From assembly GCF_009914755.1 (NCBI RefSeq), contig NC_060935.1: a stretch of 64,000 bases of DNA. One strand, 5' to 3'. This DNA comes from the human T2T-CHM13v2.0 reference genome, Homo sapiens. Below, in pieces: positions 52,213 through 64,000 of this stretch. The translations under genes were made by a program, and so were the position numbers. The notes under the pieces were generated by a model, which saw only the letters and a list, made by a program, of their open reading frames with translations, did no database searches and was not told the origin of the DNA. Numbering within the stretch: the first letter of the stretch is position 1; every line of letters starts with the position of its first letter.

Positions 52213-54199
52213 GTAGTCACACGGCTAACCCATGTTAGAACTCCACTAGACAGTGAATTCAGGGGGCTAATGATTTTTCATTGTTACTATCATTTTTGCT
52301 AAGATAGTTTAAGGACAAGAATCATGGTTCAATATATATGTGCAAGATGAATAAATGCAAGCTTATATTGGTTCTCAGTTCAATGGGTAATATGGTTTAG
52401 GTGTCAACAAATTGACTGTTGTCTTGTAGATCTTTAAGTAAAAAACAAATTACATCAATTTTTTGTTATTCTTGCCATTTCATCTCTTTTCCCCTTGTTT
52501 CCTCAGTGCTACATAGTATCACATTGAGTACATAATAAAGGGCTTAACAATAATTATGAAGTAGAAATAAGCAGTCCTTTTTCCAACATACATAATCACA
52601 GTAAATGAGATCCATGATATCTTGCATTGTTTTAGTAACTATTGTTTTGCAGAATATGTGAACAACTGCCCTCTTAGTTGTGGTATTATTCAAGAAATGC
52701 TATTTCAGATACAACTTTCAATTAAATTAATGTTTAAAATATTACTGAAATATTTGATATCTGTCATAATAATCATCGATAACAAATAGTCAAGATTTTT
52801 TTGTCATCAGTCCAATTTCTAAAAATGTATTACTTAAATTTTAAAGAGAAACTCCACAAGATGAAAAACTTAAGAGTACTAAGAATACACCACTTCTTTA
52901 AGAGGCAACCCCTTCACTAACCTCAGGAGAATAAAGGATGATAGATTTATACTTTATATGTGCCTCTTCTTAAAACTTCTGAAGAAAATATAAAGAGAGA
53001 TCTTTCCACTTTAAAGATATTCCTTACTCTATAATGAAATCATTTGCCTTGCCATTCTGTGTCAGTGGGGATTTTCTGTATTAGATTTTTCATATGAAAA
53101 TAAAGGCTCCCAATTATTGCTCATCAGCATTTACTCAGTTTTCCCCATACAGAGCAAGCCCTGTTTCACTTTTGATTCTTTTCTTAAATAAACAAGACAT
53201 TTCATTTCTAGCACTTACTCCTCTAACCACAGTCCATCAAGGCTGAAGATATTATAGTGAGAGCTTTGAGCTCAAAAGGCTTGACAAAATAATCAGTACT
53301 TAGAGTAAATTGCTACAAAGAACAGGGGAAATAGGCCATTTTAAGTCTTTTCTGACTTACTGAAAAACCAGTTTGGAATTACATCTGGAGTCCATAGAAA
53401 GTCCTTGAAAACTCTGCAATTTAAGAGCCAACCCTCTGCTTGTCCATTAGCAATGACTTTCATTATGGAGTAGCATTATTTCAAGCTCACTACCTGGTAG
53501 GTTAAGCTTATTTTAGGCATGGTTGTCTACAAATTAAACAAACCAACAACAACAATAAAAACTTAGAATGGAGGCCAACGAAATGGGCTTCAATGGTTCT
53601 GAAAATCCAAGTCTCGTCTTAAAGGAAGGAGTTATGCTGAATGCTTCAGTATTTAAGTCTCACCCCATCCTCCCACAACCTTCAATTTTCAATGAAACCA
53701 CATGGAAGCCACTCTGCAGGAGATGTTTAGGCTCAACGGTCACTTTGCCCCAGGCTGTTCTCTTCTGAGTTCCTCCTTGAGAGAATCAATACCAGCAGTG
53801 AAAGTGAGGGTGACAATTGCCAATAACTCTCATAAGTTTGTTAAACTTATTTTCAACTATTTTAATTCCCAGATAAAAAAATATTGTTTTAGTTAGTTTA
53901 CCAGAATGAGAATGAATAATATATGCAAGTTGCTAGACAATAATAATAGTCAGGCTTTATTAAGCCTCTAGGATGGGCTTTTAAATTTTTCTCCTTTACC
54001 TATATCTAACACAAACATTAGTGGAAGGTATTATTTTATTACCTCTCCACTCAAGGCCTTCTTTCCTGCAATTGCTCCTTTTTATTACACCAAAATTTTC
54101 ACTATCTATCTTCTAAACCAAACCCATTAGCACATTAATACACTATATCTCCCATCAAACAAATTAACAGCTGAGACAAATTTTTAAAAATCTGAAACT

Positions 54200-57100
54200 T
54201 CTCATAATTTCACATCTCCTAATCAACATTCACTACATTTTTTTCTCCTAATAGCATATTTCGTCCAAAGAGTTATCTATGTGTATTATCTGCCCTTAAT
54301 TCCCTTAAATTTTCTCTTGTATGCACTCCAATCAGATTTTAAACTCTGCCATTTCACCAACTGCGCTGTTGTCAAAGCAATTAGCTGACCAACTCAATTG
54401 CTAAATCCTAGTTGTCATCTTACTAAACCTTTTAGTAACCTCTGATTCAATAAATCCTTCTAATCTTCTTGAACAACTTTCTTTACATGGCTTCAGGAAC
54501 ACCACTTCTACTGGTTCTTCTATACATTCATTGTTCTATTTCAACTTTCTACCCTCTTGTCTTGATGTCTAAACATTAAAGTGCCTTCTGTATTAGCTTG
54601 AAGACCTACTCTCTTTCCTCTCTTTACTCATCTCCATAGATGATCTCGTCCAATCTCAAGCCTTTAACTAGTATCTATATTATTAGGATTGCCACATTTA
54701 ATCTTTATCCTGAACCTATCTCCTGAACCTCATATTCAATTTTCTATTCAACATCTCCAATGCAATATCTAACACATCCTAAAACTCAGTAAGTTTTCAC
54801 CAAACTTTTGATTCAACCATTTTCCCAATCTGCCTTTTCATAGCAGTGTCCACTTCAAGTATTGCCAGATGTATTAGTCCATCCTCACAATGCTATAAAG
54901 AACTATCTAAGACTGGGTAATTGATGAATTAAAGAGGTTTAATTTACTTACAGTTCTGCAGGCTTAAAAGGAAGCATGACTTGAAGGCCTCAGGAAAGGA
55001 GAAGCAAGCACATCTCAACATGGTGGAGCAGGAGAGCGAGAGAGTGAAGTGGGAGGTGCTACACATTTTCAAACAACCAGATCTTGTGAGAACTCTCTCA
55101 ATTATCGCAAGAACAGCAAGGAGGAAATTTGCCCGTATGATCCAGTCACTCCCTACTGGGCCCCACCTTCAATACCTGAGGATTACATTATTATATTTCA
55201 TCTTTATGAGATTTGAGTGGGGCCACAGAGCCAAACCACATCATTTTGCCCATGGCCCCTCTCAAATCTCACGTCCTTTTCACATTTCAAAACCAATCAT
55301 GCCTTTTCAGCAGTCCCCCAAGGTCTTAACTTATTCTGGTATTAACTCAAAAGTCCAAGTCCGTAGTCTCATCTGAGACAAGGCAAGACCCTTCTGCCTA
55401 GAAGCCTGTAAAATCAAAAGCAAGTTAATTATTTCCAAGATACAGTGAGGGTACAAGTATTGGGTAAATGCGCTTGTTACAAATGGGAGAAATTGGCCAA
55501 AAAAGGGGGGTCACAGGCCCAATGCAAGTCCAAAACCAGGCCGGGCAGTCATTAAATCTGAAAATTCCACAATAATCTCCTTTGATTCCATGTCTCACAT
55601 CCAGGGAATGTTATGCAAGGGGTGGGCTCACATGCCCTTGTGCAGCTCTGCCCCTGTCACTCTGCAGGGTTCAGTCCCCATGGCTGCTTTCATGGGTTGG
55701 TGTTCAATGCCTGTGGCTTTCTTGGTTGCACAGTGCAAGCAGTCAGTGGATCTAGCATTCTGGGGTCTTGAGGATGGTGGCCTTTTTCTCACAGCTCCAG
55801 TAGGCAGTGCCTTAGTGGAGACTCTGTGTGGGGGCTCCAACCCCACATTTCTCCTCCTCACTGACCTAGCAGAGGTTTTCCATGAAGGCTCTGCCCCAGC
55901 AGCAGACTTCTGCCTGGACATCCAGGCATTTCCATACATCCTCTGAAATCTAGGTGGAGGTTCCCAAACCTCAATTCTTGCCTTCTGCATTCCTGCAAGC
56001 CCAACACCACATGGAAGCTGTCAAGGCTTGGGGCTTGTACCCCCTGGAGCAATGGCCTGAGCTGTACCTTGTCCCATTTTAGCCATGGCTGGAGCTGGAG
56101 TGGCTGAGATGGAGGGTGTCATGTTGCAAGGCTGCACAGAGTGGCAGGGCCCTGGGCCCAAACCAGGAAACAAATTTTCCTTCTTACACCTGGGGGCCTA
56201 TGAAGGGAGGGGCTGCTGTGAAGAACTCTAACATTTCCTGGAGACATTTTCCCTGTTGTCTTGGCTATTAACATCCTGCTCCTCATTACCTATGCAAATT
56301 TCTGCAGCAGGCTTAAATTTCTTCTCCAGAAAATGGGTTTTTCTTTTATTCCACATGGTCACACCGCAAATTTTCCAAACGTTTATGCTCTGCTTCCCTT
56401 TTAAACATAAGCTTCAATTTCAGATTACCTCTTTGTGAACAAATATGACTGTACACTTCTAGAAACAGGTAACTTATCGAATGCTTTGTTGCTTAGAAAT
56501 TTCTTCAACCAGGTACCCTAAATCATCTCTCTCAAGTTCAAAGTTCCACAGATCTCTAGGGCAGGGGCAAAACGCCACCAGTCTCTTTGCTAAAGCATAG
56601 CAAGTGTGACCTACGTTTCAGTTCCCAATAAGTTCCTCATCTCCATCTGAGACCACCTCAGCCTGGACTTTATTTTCCCTATCACTATCAGCATTTTGGT
56701 GAAAGCCATTCAACAAGTCTCTAGGAAGTTCCAAATTTTCCCACATCTTCCTTTCTTCTGAGGCCTCCAAGTCTCTAGAAAGTTCTAAACTTTCTGACAT
56801 TTTCTTGTCTTCTTCTAAGCCCTCCAAACTGTTCCAACTTCTGCCCATTACCCAGTTCCAAAGTTGCTTTCACATTTTCAGGTATCTTTATGGCAGTGCT
56901 CCACTTTCCTAGTACCAATTTTCTGTATCAGTTCATTCTCACACTGTTATAAAGAACTCCGTGATACTGGGTAATTTATGAAGAAAAGAGATTTAATTGA
57001 CTCACAGTTTCACAGGCTTAACAAGAAGCAGGACTTGGAGGCCTCAGGAAACTTACAATCATAGCAGAAGGTGAAGGAAAAGCAAACAGGTCTCACAATG

Positions 57101-57720
57101 GCAGGGCAGGAGAGAGAGCGAGCAAAGGGGTAGGTGCCACATCTTTTCAGACAACCAGGTCTTGTGAGAACTCACTCATTAAGAGAACAAGCAAAGGGGA
57201 AATCCGCCTCCATGAACCAATCACCTCCCACCAGGCACCTCTTCTGACACATGGGGATTACAATTTGAGATGAGATTTGGGTGGGGATACAGAGCCAAAC
57301 CATATCATCAGATGAGGCCAAAAACCTTGAAAAGGCTTTTTTTCCCCTTCATGTGCTCTATGCAGTCCATAAGCAAATGTTATGGGCTGTATCTTCAATT
57401 TCTAAATCTGTGAATTTTTCGCCACCTCAACTACTAATAACTACCTTCATACAAACCTCCATTCCACCTTGCCTGCATAATTGCAATAACCTCCTAAAGT
57501 GTTTCCTTGTTTCCACTACTTTTTTCTCCCACAGAATTTTCTGTTTGTCATCCAGAGTAATACTGTCAAAATAAATGTTAGGGCTAATTTGTCTCTTATT
57601 CTCAAAACCCTCTTATAGCTTCCCATCTGGCTAGAAATAAAACCTAACACCTTTACGATTGTCTAAAAGGCCCATATCTTTGGCCATAGGTGATCTCTCA
57701 ATTCCTTTCCCACTACTACA
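54200..57720 (+). mobile_element. L2 fragment split by the MSTA provirus (L2 at about 54200-54869 and 57308-57720)
   Basis: CACTCCAATCAG ... CATGGCTTCAGGAACACCAC ... TCTAAACATT ... CTCTCCTGAAC; after the provirus, GGCCAAAAACCTTG ... ATAATTGCAATAACCTCCTAA. Confidence 0.7.
54870..57307 (-). mobile_element. Complete MSTA-type MaLR provirus (LTR 54870-55243, internal 55244-56923, LTR 56924-57307)
   Basis: Two homologous LTRs, MST/THE1-int-type internal sequence (CATTAACTCAAAAGTCCA-like, GGACATCCAGGCATTTCCATACATCCTCTGAAATCTAGG), TSD CCAGA/TCAGA. Confidence 0.94.
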
Positions 57721-58226
57721 TTTGGTTATGCAAATACAGCCTTGTAACTGAGGCTGAAGATAGCCTCTGAGGAGGGTCAGATTGCTTTGTATAATACAGG
57801 GAGAGTGAGAGAAGTTGTTCTGAAGTTGGTAGGAGACTTGATCATATTTGGCATGGAGAAGTAGCAATATCTACCAGAGAGACAAGAAGGAGGGTGACAA
57901 GGCATGAATACAAAAGTCCAGAGTATGGGAAGAGATGTGATGTAACAATTTTGAAGGATAGGCACGTTTGATATTTAATTGTAAATAGTGTTGCTATACT
58001 ATTCACTCCCAATAAATTAAAAAATCTTTAGGACTATCTGCTATACAAATGCCTTATGTGGGTAACTTATGTGCCCCCCAAGAGCAAAAAGATGTATTGC
58101 AATATCTGGGTTCGTAAGTTCAGAGAAAAGACACTATGTCCCTATCAGTGAGCTTATTCGTAAACTCAAAAAACATCACTGGAAGAGCTCAGATCTACTT
58201 GGTTAGTAAAATATGAAAGCTTAGAA

Positions 58227-58451
58227 CAAAGCTTGTCCAACCAGTGGCCTATGGGCTGAATGCAGACCAGGATGGCTTCAAATGTGGCTCAACACAAATT
58301 CATAAACTTTCTTAAAACTTTATGAGGATTTTTTTTGTGATTTTTTAAAGCTCATCAGCTATCATTAGTGTTAGTGTGCTTTGTGTGTGGCCCAAGGCAA
58401 TTCTTCTTCTTCCAATGTTGCCCAGGGAAGCCAAGGGATTGGATATCCCTG
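58227..58451. mobile_element. MER30 hAT-Charlie MITE
   Basis: CAAAGCTTGTCCAAC ... AGCTCATCAGCTATCATTAGTGTTAGTG ... TTGGATATCCCTG. 8-bp TSD-like GCTTAGAA/CTTTAGAG. Confidence 0.85.
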
Positions 58452-58850
58452 CTTTAGAGATACCAAGGAGGTCATTCAGTTCCTGACTATCCACAGATTC
58501 TACTGTATTTATGTCCATTTTCTTTCAAGGTATTAACCTGTTTATCATCATCATCATCATCACATAATGGGACACATAATGGGAGTCATGGGTCATGGTG
58601 ACTTTTGGTGTCCAGTTTGTAGCTATTACTTTCTGTTTTGTTTGTCCCACATACAAAAACATTCCAGAAGTTAATTTTAGGGGTGAGTTTATATCTGTAA
58701 ATGGTACTCTGTAGCATTCATAAATAGGATTTCCAAGCCATTTTTAAAAGACATATTCCAACTACAACTAATCCTTTTTCCTAGGTAGAAAAATTGAGGA
58801 ACACAGAGGAAGTGATAGTGTTTGCACTAATTACAATTGCATAATGGTAA

Positions 58851-59208
<358 letters not shown>

Positions 59209-61029
59209 TATCAGAATCTTTTCTATTGCTCTACATTGCTCTCAAGATTTCAAAAAAAATTATCACTATCTTTGATTAAGGCTAAAACAGAAACTACTTG
59301 ATTCTCTGATCTTATTTGAGCTTTGGATTGGAGAAATTACTTTCCATTTAGAGGGAGAATTACCTTGATTGTCATTCTTGCCTGTTATTTATTTATTTAT
59401 TGTTTCATGGCCAAATTATCCTAGATTTTGTATTTTAGTTTCCTGTCTGAGAAGAAATTTGATACCATGGAAAACCTTGCATTGTTTTACCCTAATAATT
59501 CATTGCTTACAATGTCTATGAGTGTAAACTATTCTCTTCACTTTGGGTTCAGTTTCATTTTCTGAGGATTTCTGAAGGTAGAAATTGTCTCTTAAAATGA
59601 AAATAGCAGTCCAATAGTCAGACCCAGAGTTTATTTGGAGAGTCATAGGAAAGACACATTATTGTACCTGAGTTATTATAATTGTCAATCAAGTTTTCTT
59701 AATGGAAAGTTGTAATTTGACATCAAATGTATCATTAATTCAAATGTGCCACAAAAAGTAAGCAAGCAAGTAAGTGACCTTTGAATGGGAATGCATGTTG
59801 GGAAGCCCATATGAAACAGACTGCACTTAAAACTGCATGATTTTGTTGGACCCAATGGACTTCTTCATGGAAATATAAAAAATAACAAAAAGTTGGTTTA
59901 TTTTATTTTACATAGACAAGAAGGCACTGAATAAAAAGGTCCCACAAAGATGCAGCAGTGAATTCTCACCCAGCAGTCTTCACCTCATACCAGCCATTCA
60001 AGCATCAAGATTACTACTTGCTGGCTTCAAAAGGTATTTCTGCTTGAGGAGTCATTTCTGCCTGCTAAACTTCTCTCCTTCTCTTTCAGCAGGTCCCGTA
60101 TGTTAAGAACAACCTTGGTTTCGGTTTAGCTTATTATCCACCTATTGCAGGGAGACCTTATGTTAAAATAATGAGAGCTAAAGGACTTAGAACCATTGGG
60201 GTTTCCAATATTTTTCTTAAAGTTGCATTTACTATTCCTACGCAGAATAAACAAAAAAATATAAATGTTTATACACACACACAGATACACACAGGCACAC
60301 ACAGACAAGCATACCATAGCATATAGGCTAATAATTTAATATTATTATATTCTAAAGCTAAGACAGACGAAAGTAGCCTTAGAATGTGTCATTATAATTC
60401 AGCCAAACTACTAGCTTCTGCTCTGTTAATTATGCATAAAAACGAGAGGGTTATTTATGGCTGCTCTGGGATAGATGTGTTTATACCGTACAGTCGGGGT
60501 CTCCCTATGGGCAGCTGCTTCATCAGTGCTCATTGAATTTAAAAGGCACTTTCCAGATTTATTTCAGATGGCAGCCTTTGAACCCAAGGGCCACCTTGAT
60601 TGAACTGGTCTCAATGGTCGCTTGTCTCATCCCCTGAGAAGCTGCTGGCTTTGAGCTTGATTAGGCTCTGATTGATGTGTGCACCTTAAATCAGTTCCCA
60701 GGAAGTCCATGAAGAATGAAATGCCACAAAACTGCATTATCTCAGACAAATACATGAAGTGGAACCAGCTTCTATAGAAACGCATCTCAGAGACACGATA
60801 TACGTGAATGTTGACTGGTGGGTCAGACTGTTCTCCTGCTGGACTTCTAAATACGCAGTTGCAAAAGCATTAACACAAAATTAGAGACTAGTTCAGAGGT
60901 TAGCAGCATTGAATGTAGCTGACCTGGAATGATATTAGAGATAGCAGTGACTGGCAATCTACCACCCCACTCAAATCTCACGCTTTTTTTTTTTTTTTTT
61001 CTGGAGCTAGTGAAATCTTAGAGTTCCTC

Positions 61030-61250
61030 TTATTGAGCAGTGACTGACTTTGTGCCAAGCATTGAGCTAAGCGTTTTACATAGAAAGTCATTTAATTCTC
61101 ACAATGACTTGAATAATAAAAAAGAGGATTATCACTTCTATTTTGTGATGGCAAATAAGATTAAATAATTTGTCCAAGGTCACAGAACTAACAAGGGCAC
61201 AGCCACCAATTTACGCAGGTCTGTTTGCTCTGCAACTTGTGCTCTTAACT
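61030..61250 (-). mobile_element. MIR
   Basis: TATTGAGC ... TGTGCCAAGCATTGAGCTAAGCGTTTTACAT ... TCATTTAATTCTCACAA ... TTGTCCAAGGTCACA. Confidence 0.7.
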
Positions 61251-62774
61251 GCTTCTATACACTCCTTCCTTGTTTATCCTTTGTGCTACATTTTCTCTTT
61301 TCCTTGGTTTTCATATTCTGATATGATTTCTTCTTGTTTTTTCTTCCCCTTTGACCTATTGTTTATTTCTTCCATCCCCTTCTTCCATTAAGTCTTCCTC
61401 TTGAACCAGAGGTCTCAAAAAATAGCTAGGTTAGATGTTTATTATAGTGATAATATGTTTGAACAAAAGATAAAATCCTTTTTCACCAATGAGTGGTTTG
61501 GCTGATAAATTATATGTTTTTCCTTTATAATATGAAATGTCCACGCTTCCTGTCTCAGAGCATCACAAAGGAATAAAGCGCTAGAGAGAAGCCCTACAAG
61601 CCTACTAATGTTAGGGCACCTTTATTCACCAGATTGTGCAAGGTGTAAAGAAAGAAAAGATATTTTTGAGTACATTTTGAACACAAAAGCTATTTAGCAA
61701 CTTGTGAAAATAATCTTGAAGATTTGACAAAATATGACCATGAATTTTGGATAACCCACAAAGTATTATTTATCTGATTCTATTAATAAATGTATTTTTT
61801 AAACTTAACTGCAAGCAGAATAGGAAGACAAATATTTTCTAGAGAGTTACCATATGCGAGTTACCCATACACTAGCAGGTAACAGGGGAATTATTTCTTG
61901 AAATAATTGTGATTGGTATCTTTTTATCAAAACCTAAGGTAGCAGATAAAATGTGATTAAGAATGCAACAGAGAACAGAAACATTACACCGACTTTCTCT
62001 GCCCGCCACATTTCATCAGCCTGCTTAGGACAGGGTTTTCCATTCACAAGTGCTTTATCACAGAGACATCTTGCTGCATCCTGAGAGTCCATGTGGATGA
62101 TACAGCTAGGGAGGAAGACCCACGCTTTCTAATCTAATTTCTGATTTATTCTTGGACTACTGTGATATCAAAATGAGACTTTGTGAGGCTTTACAAGAAA
62201 TGGCTATACTGTCAGGCGAAAAAAATTTAAATATTATAAGATGCGGAATAAAAACACTGTAGTGGCCCTTGGATTTGGACAACCCATGCTGCAGCAGAGA
62301 TAATGTACATATTACTCTCACTTGCCTGTTGTGACAAGATGGCAAGGGAAATATGGGATATCCAACTTTGGAATATTGTGATTCATGACAGTGGAAACAC
62401 AATTGAGAGAAATAATAAGTACTTTTTTGGCAAATAGGTAGAGAATATGTAAGACTTCAAGGTTCCTTGATGTCACATGCTTTTGATATTTGCAAGATTG
62501 TAAACTGCTGTATCACAGAGACGATGTCTCCTTTGCATAGAACTCTCAAGTATACAATACAATATCTCACATATTAATTGATAGGTAAATAACATTTTCC
62601 AAAGGAATTTACAAGGCTTAAAGTGAGCTAATACCTGTAGGGACTTCTTGGATTGCTAGGAAAAGAACATTGCCAGTGTATCTGCTCAAGAAAAGAAAGA
62701 GTAGAGCCAGCAGCAACAAAGGGAGAAGTAATGACCTCCTTTAAATTGTGATGTAAAACCCCAGATCATCTGGT

Positions 62775-62950
62775 GTATTGATTAAGAAAAGGAACTTTGG
62801 AGTAAGAGACAGCTGGTTTCAAATGTTGGCTAGCATTTGTACTAGCTTTGTGATCTTGGGCAAATTACTTAATCTCTCTGAGCTTCTGTCCTTGGCTATG
62901 CAATGGAGACTTCAATAGTTTCTGTCTCTAAGGCTTGCTGTGAGGGTGAA
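62775..62950 (+). mobile_element. MIR
   Basis: ACTTTGGAGT ... TGTGATCTTGGGCAAATTACTTAATCTCTCTGAGCTTC. Confidence 0.7.
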
Positions 62951-63118
62951 AGAAGATACTATATATTAATATTAAAAAGTTTTAACACATACATTTTTAA
63001 ATGTTACTATCTTATTTCTGTGACTGATATTATTACTTCCTACCCTTCTTCCTTTGAAATGTTACACAATCCAAAATTATCTCCTAATTTGCTTCAGTTT
63101 AAAAATTTTTTAAAAATT

Positions 63119-63459
<341 letters not shown>

Positions 63460-64000
63460 TTAAGTGGTTGAAACTCAATTCTCTAAAAGCTTAGTTAGGA
63501 TTCCATGTGAAAGTATGCTTAAGTAAGCATGCTTAGCATATATAAATAGTGGTTAAAAGATAAACTCCCAATATTAGCCAAGATCGACACAGATATCTTA
63601 TTTGCATGTATAACTCCTCAGACTTCTACTCACAAGTCTTTGCTCATAATGACACTTGTCCTTTAATCCTTAAGCTAGTGAAGTTTAAGAATTGGATATT
63701 GTCATATGGACAGAAGTAAACTGAAACATCTATTCAATGCTCAAGAATGAGAATGACAAATCCACTCTTAATTTCCAAATCCTCTTGAACATTGATAAAT
63801 ATTTGGAGCAGGAAAAAAAGTAAACACCACGTCATCTTTACCCTGGGCTCTCAAGCTAGGCTGCCCAACTGAATTGTCCTGGGACCTTTCAAAAAAAAAA
63901 TATAATGAATCTTTGCCTTTTTCAAACAAGTATATCTCTCTTAAAGTTGTAGCAGTAAGAAGTGGTAGTGTTAATAGTGAGAGTTAATATTGACTGGCTC

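Noticed and set aside
54981-56848. ORFs of 60-131 aa
   Set aside because: Fragments of decayed MaLR LTR and internal sequence, not a host gene.
63512-63542. Palindrome TAAGCATGCTTA
   Set aside because: A 12-bp AT-rich palindrome is within chance expectation.

Overview
AT-rich, CpG-poor primate (human-like) genomic DNA, either intergenic or deep intronic. I found no supportable protein-coding gene, RNA gene or CRISPR array. The long ORFs in the track are decayed L1 ORF1/ORF2 or chance frames in GC-rich LTRs. Much of the window is nested transposable elements: a near-complete Tigger1, a full-length L1PA7/8-type element, several truncated L1s, eight Alu pieces, a MER52 solo LTR, a complete MSTA-type MaLR provirus, other MaLR LTRs, MER-type DNA elements and old L2/MIR. 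Subfamily names come from recalled consensus sequences and were not checked by RepeatMasker. I do not see a new gene system. The notable signals are structural. (1) Two ~65-bp locally templated insertions sit 450 bp apart, both copied from ~1.5 kb downstream. One is direct. The other is inverted, has junction microhomology and a 14-bp flanking duplication, and was later hit by a truncated AluY. (2) The full-length L1 appears to carry a ~1-kb 3' transduction of Tigger1 transposase sequence into an MST LTR. (3) Smaller events include a fold-back filler in L1 ORF2, a twin-primed L1 stub, an old 186-bp tandem duplication and an ORF0-like antisense frame.
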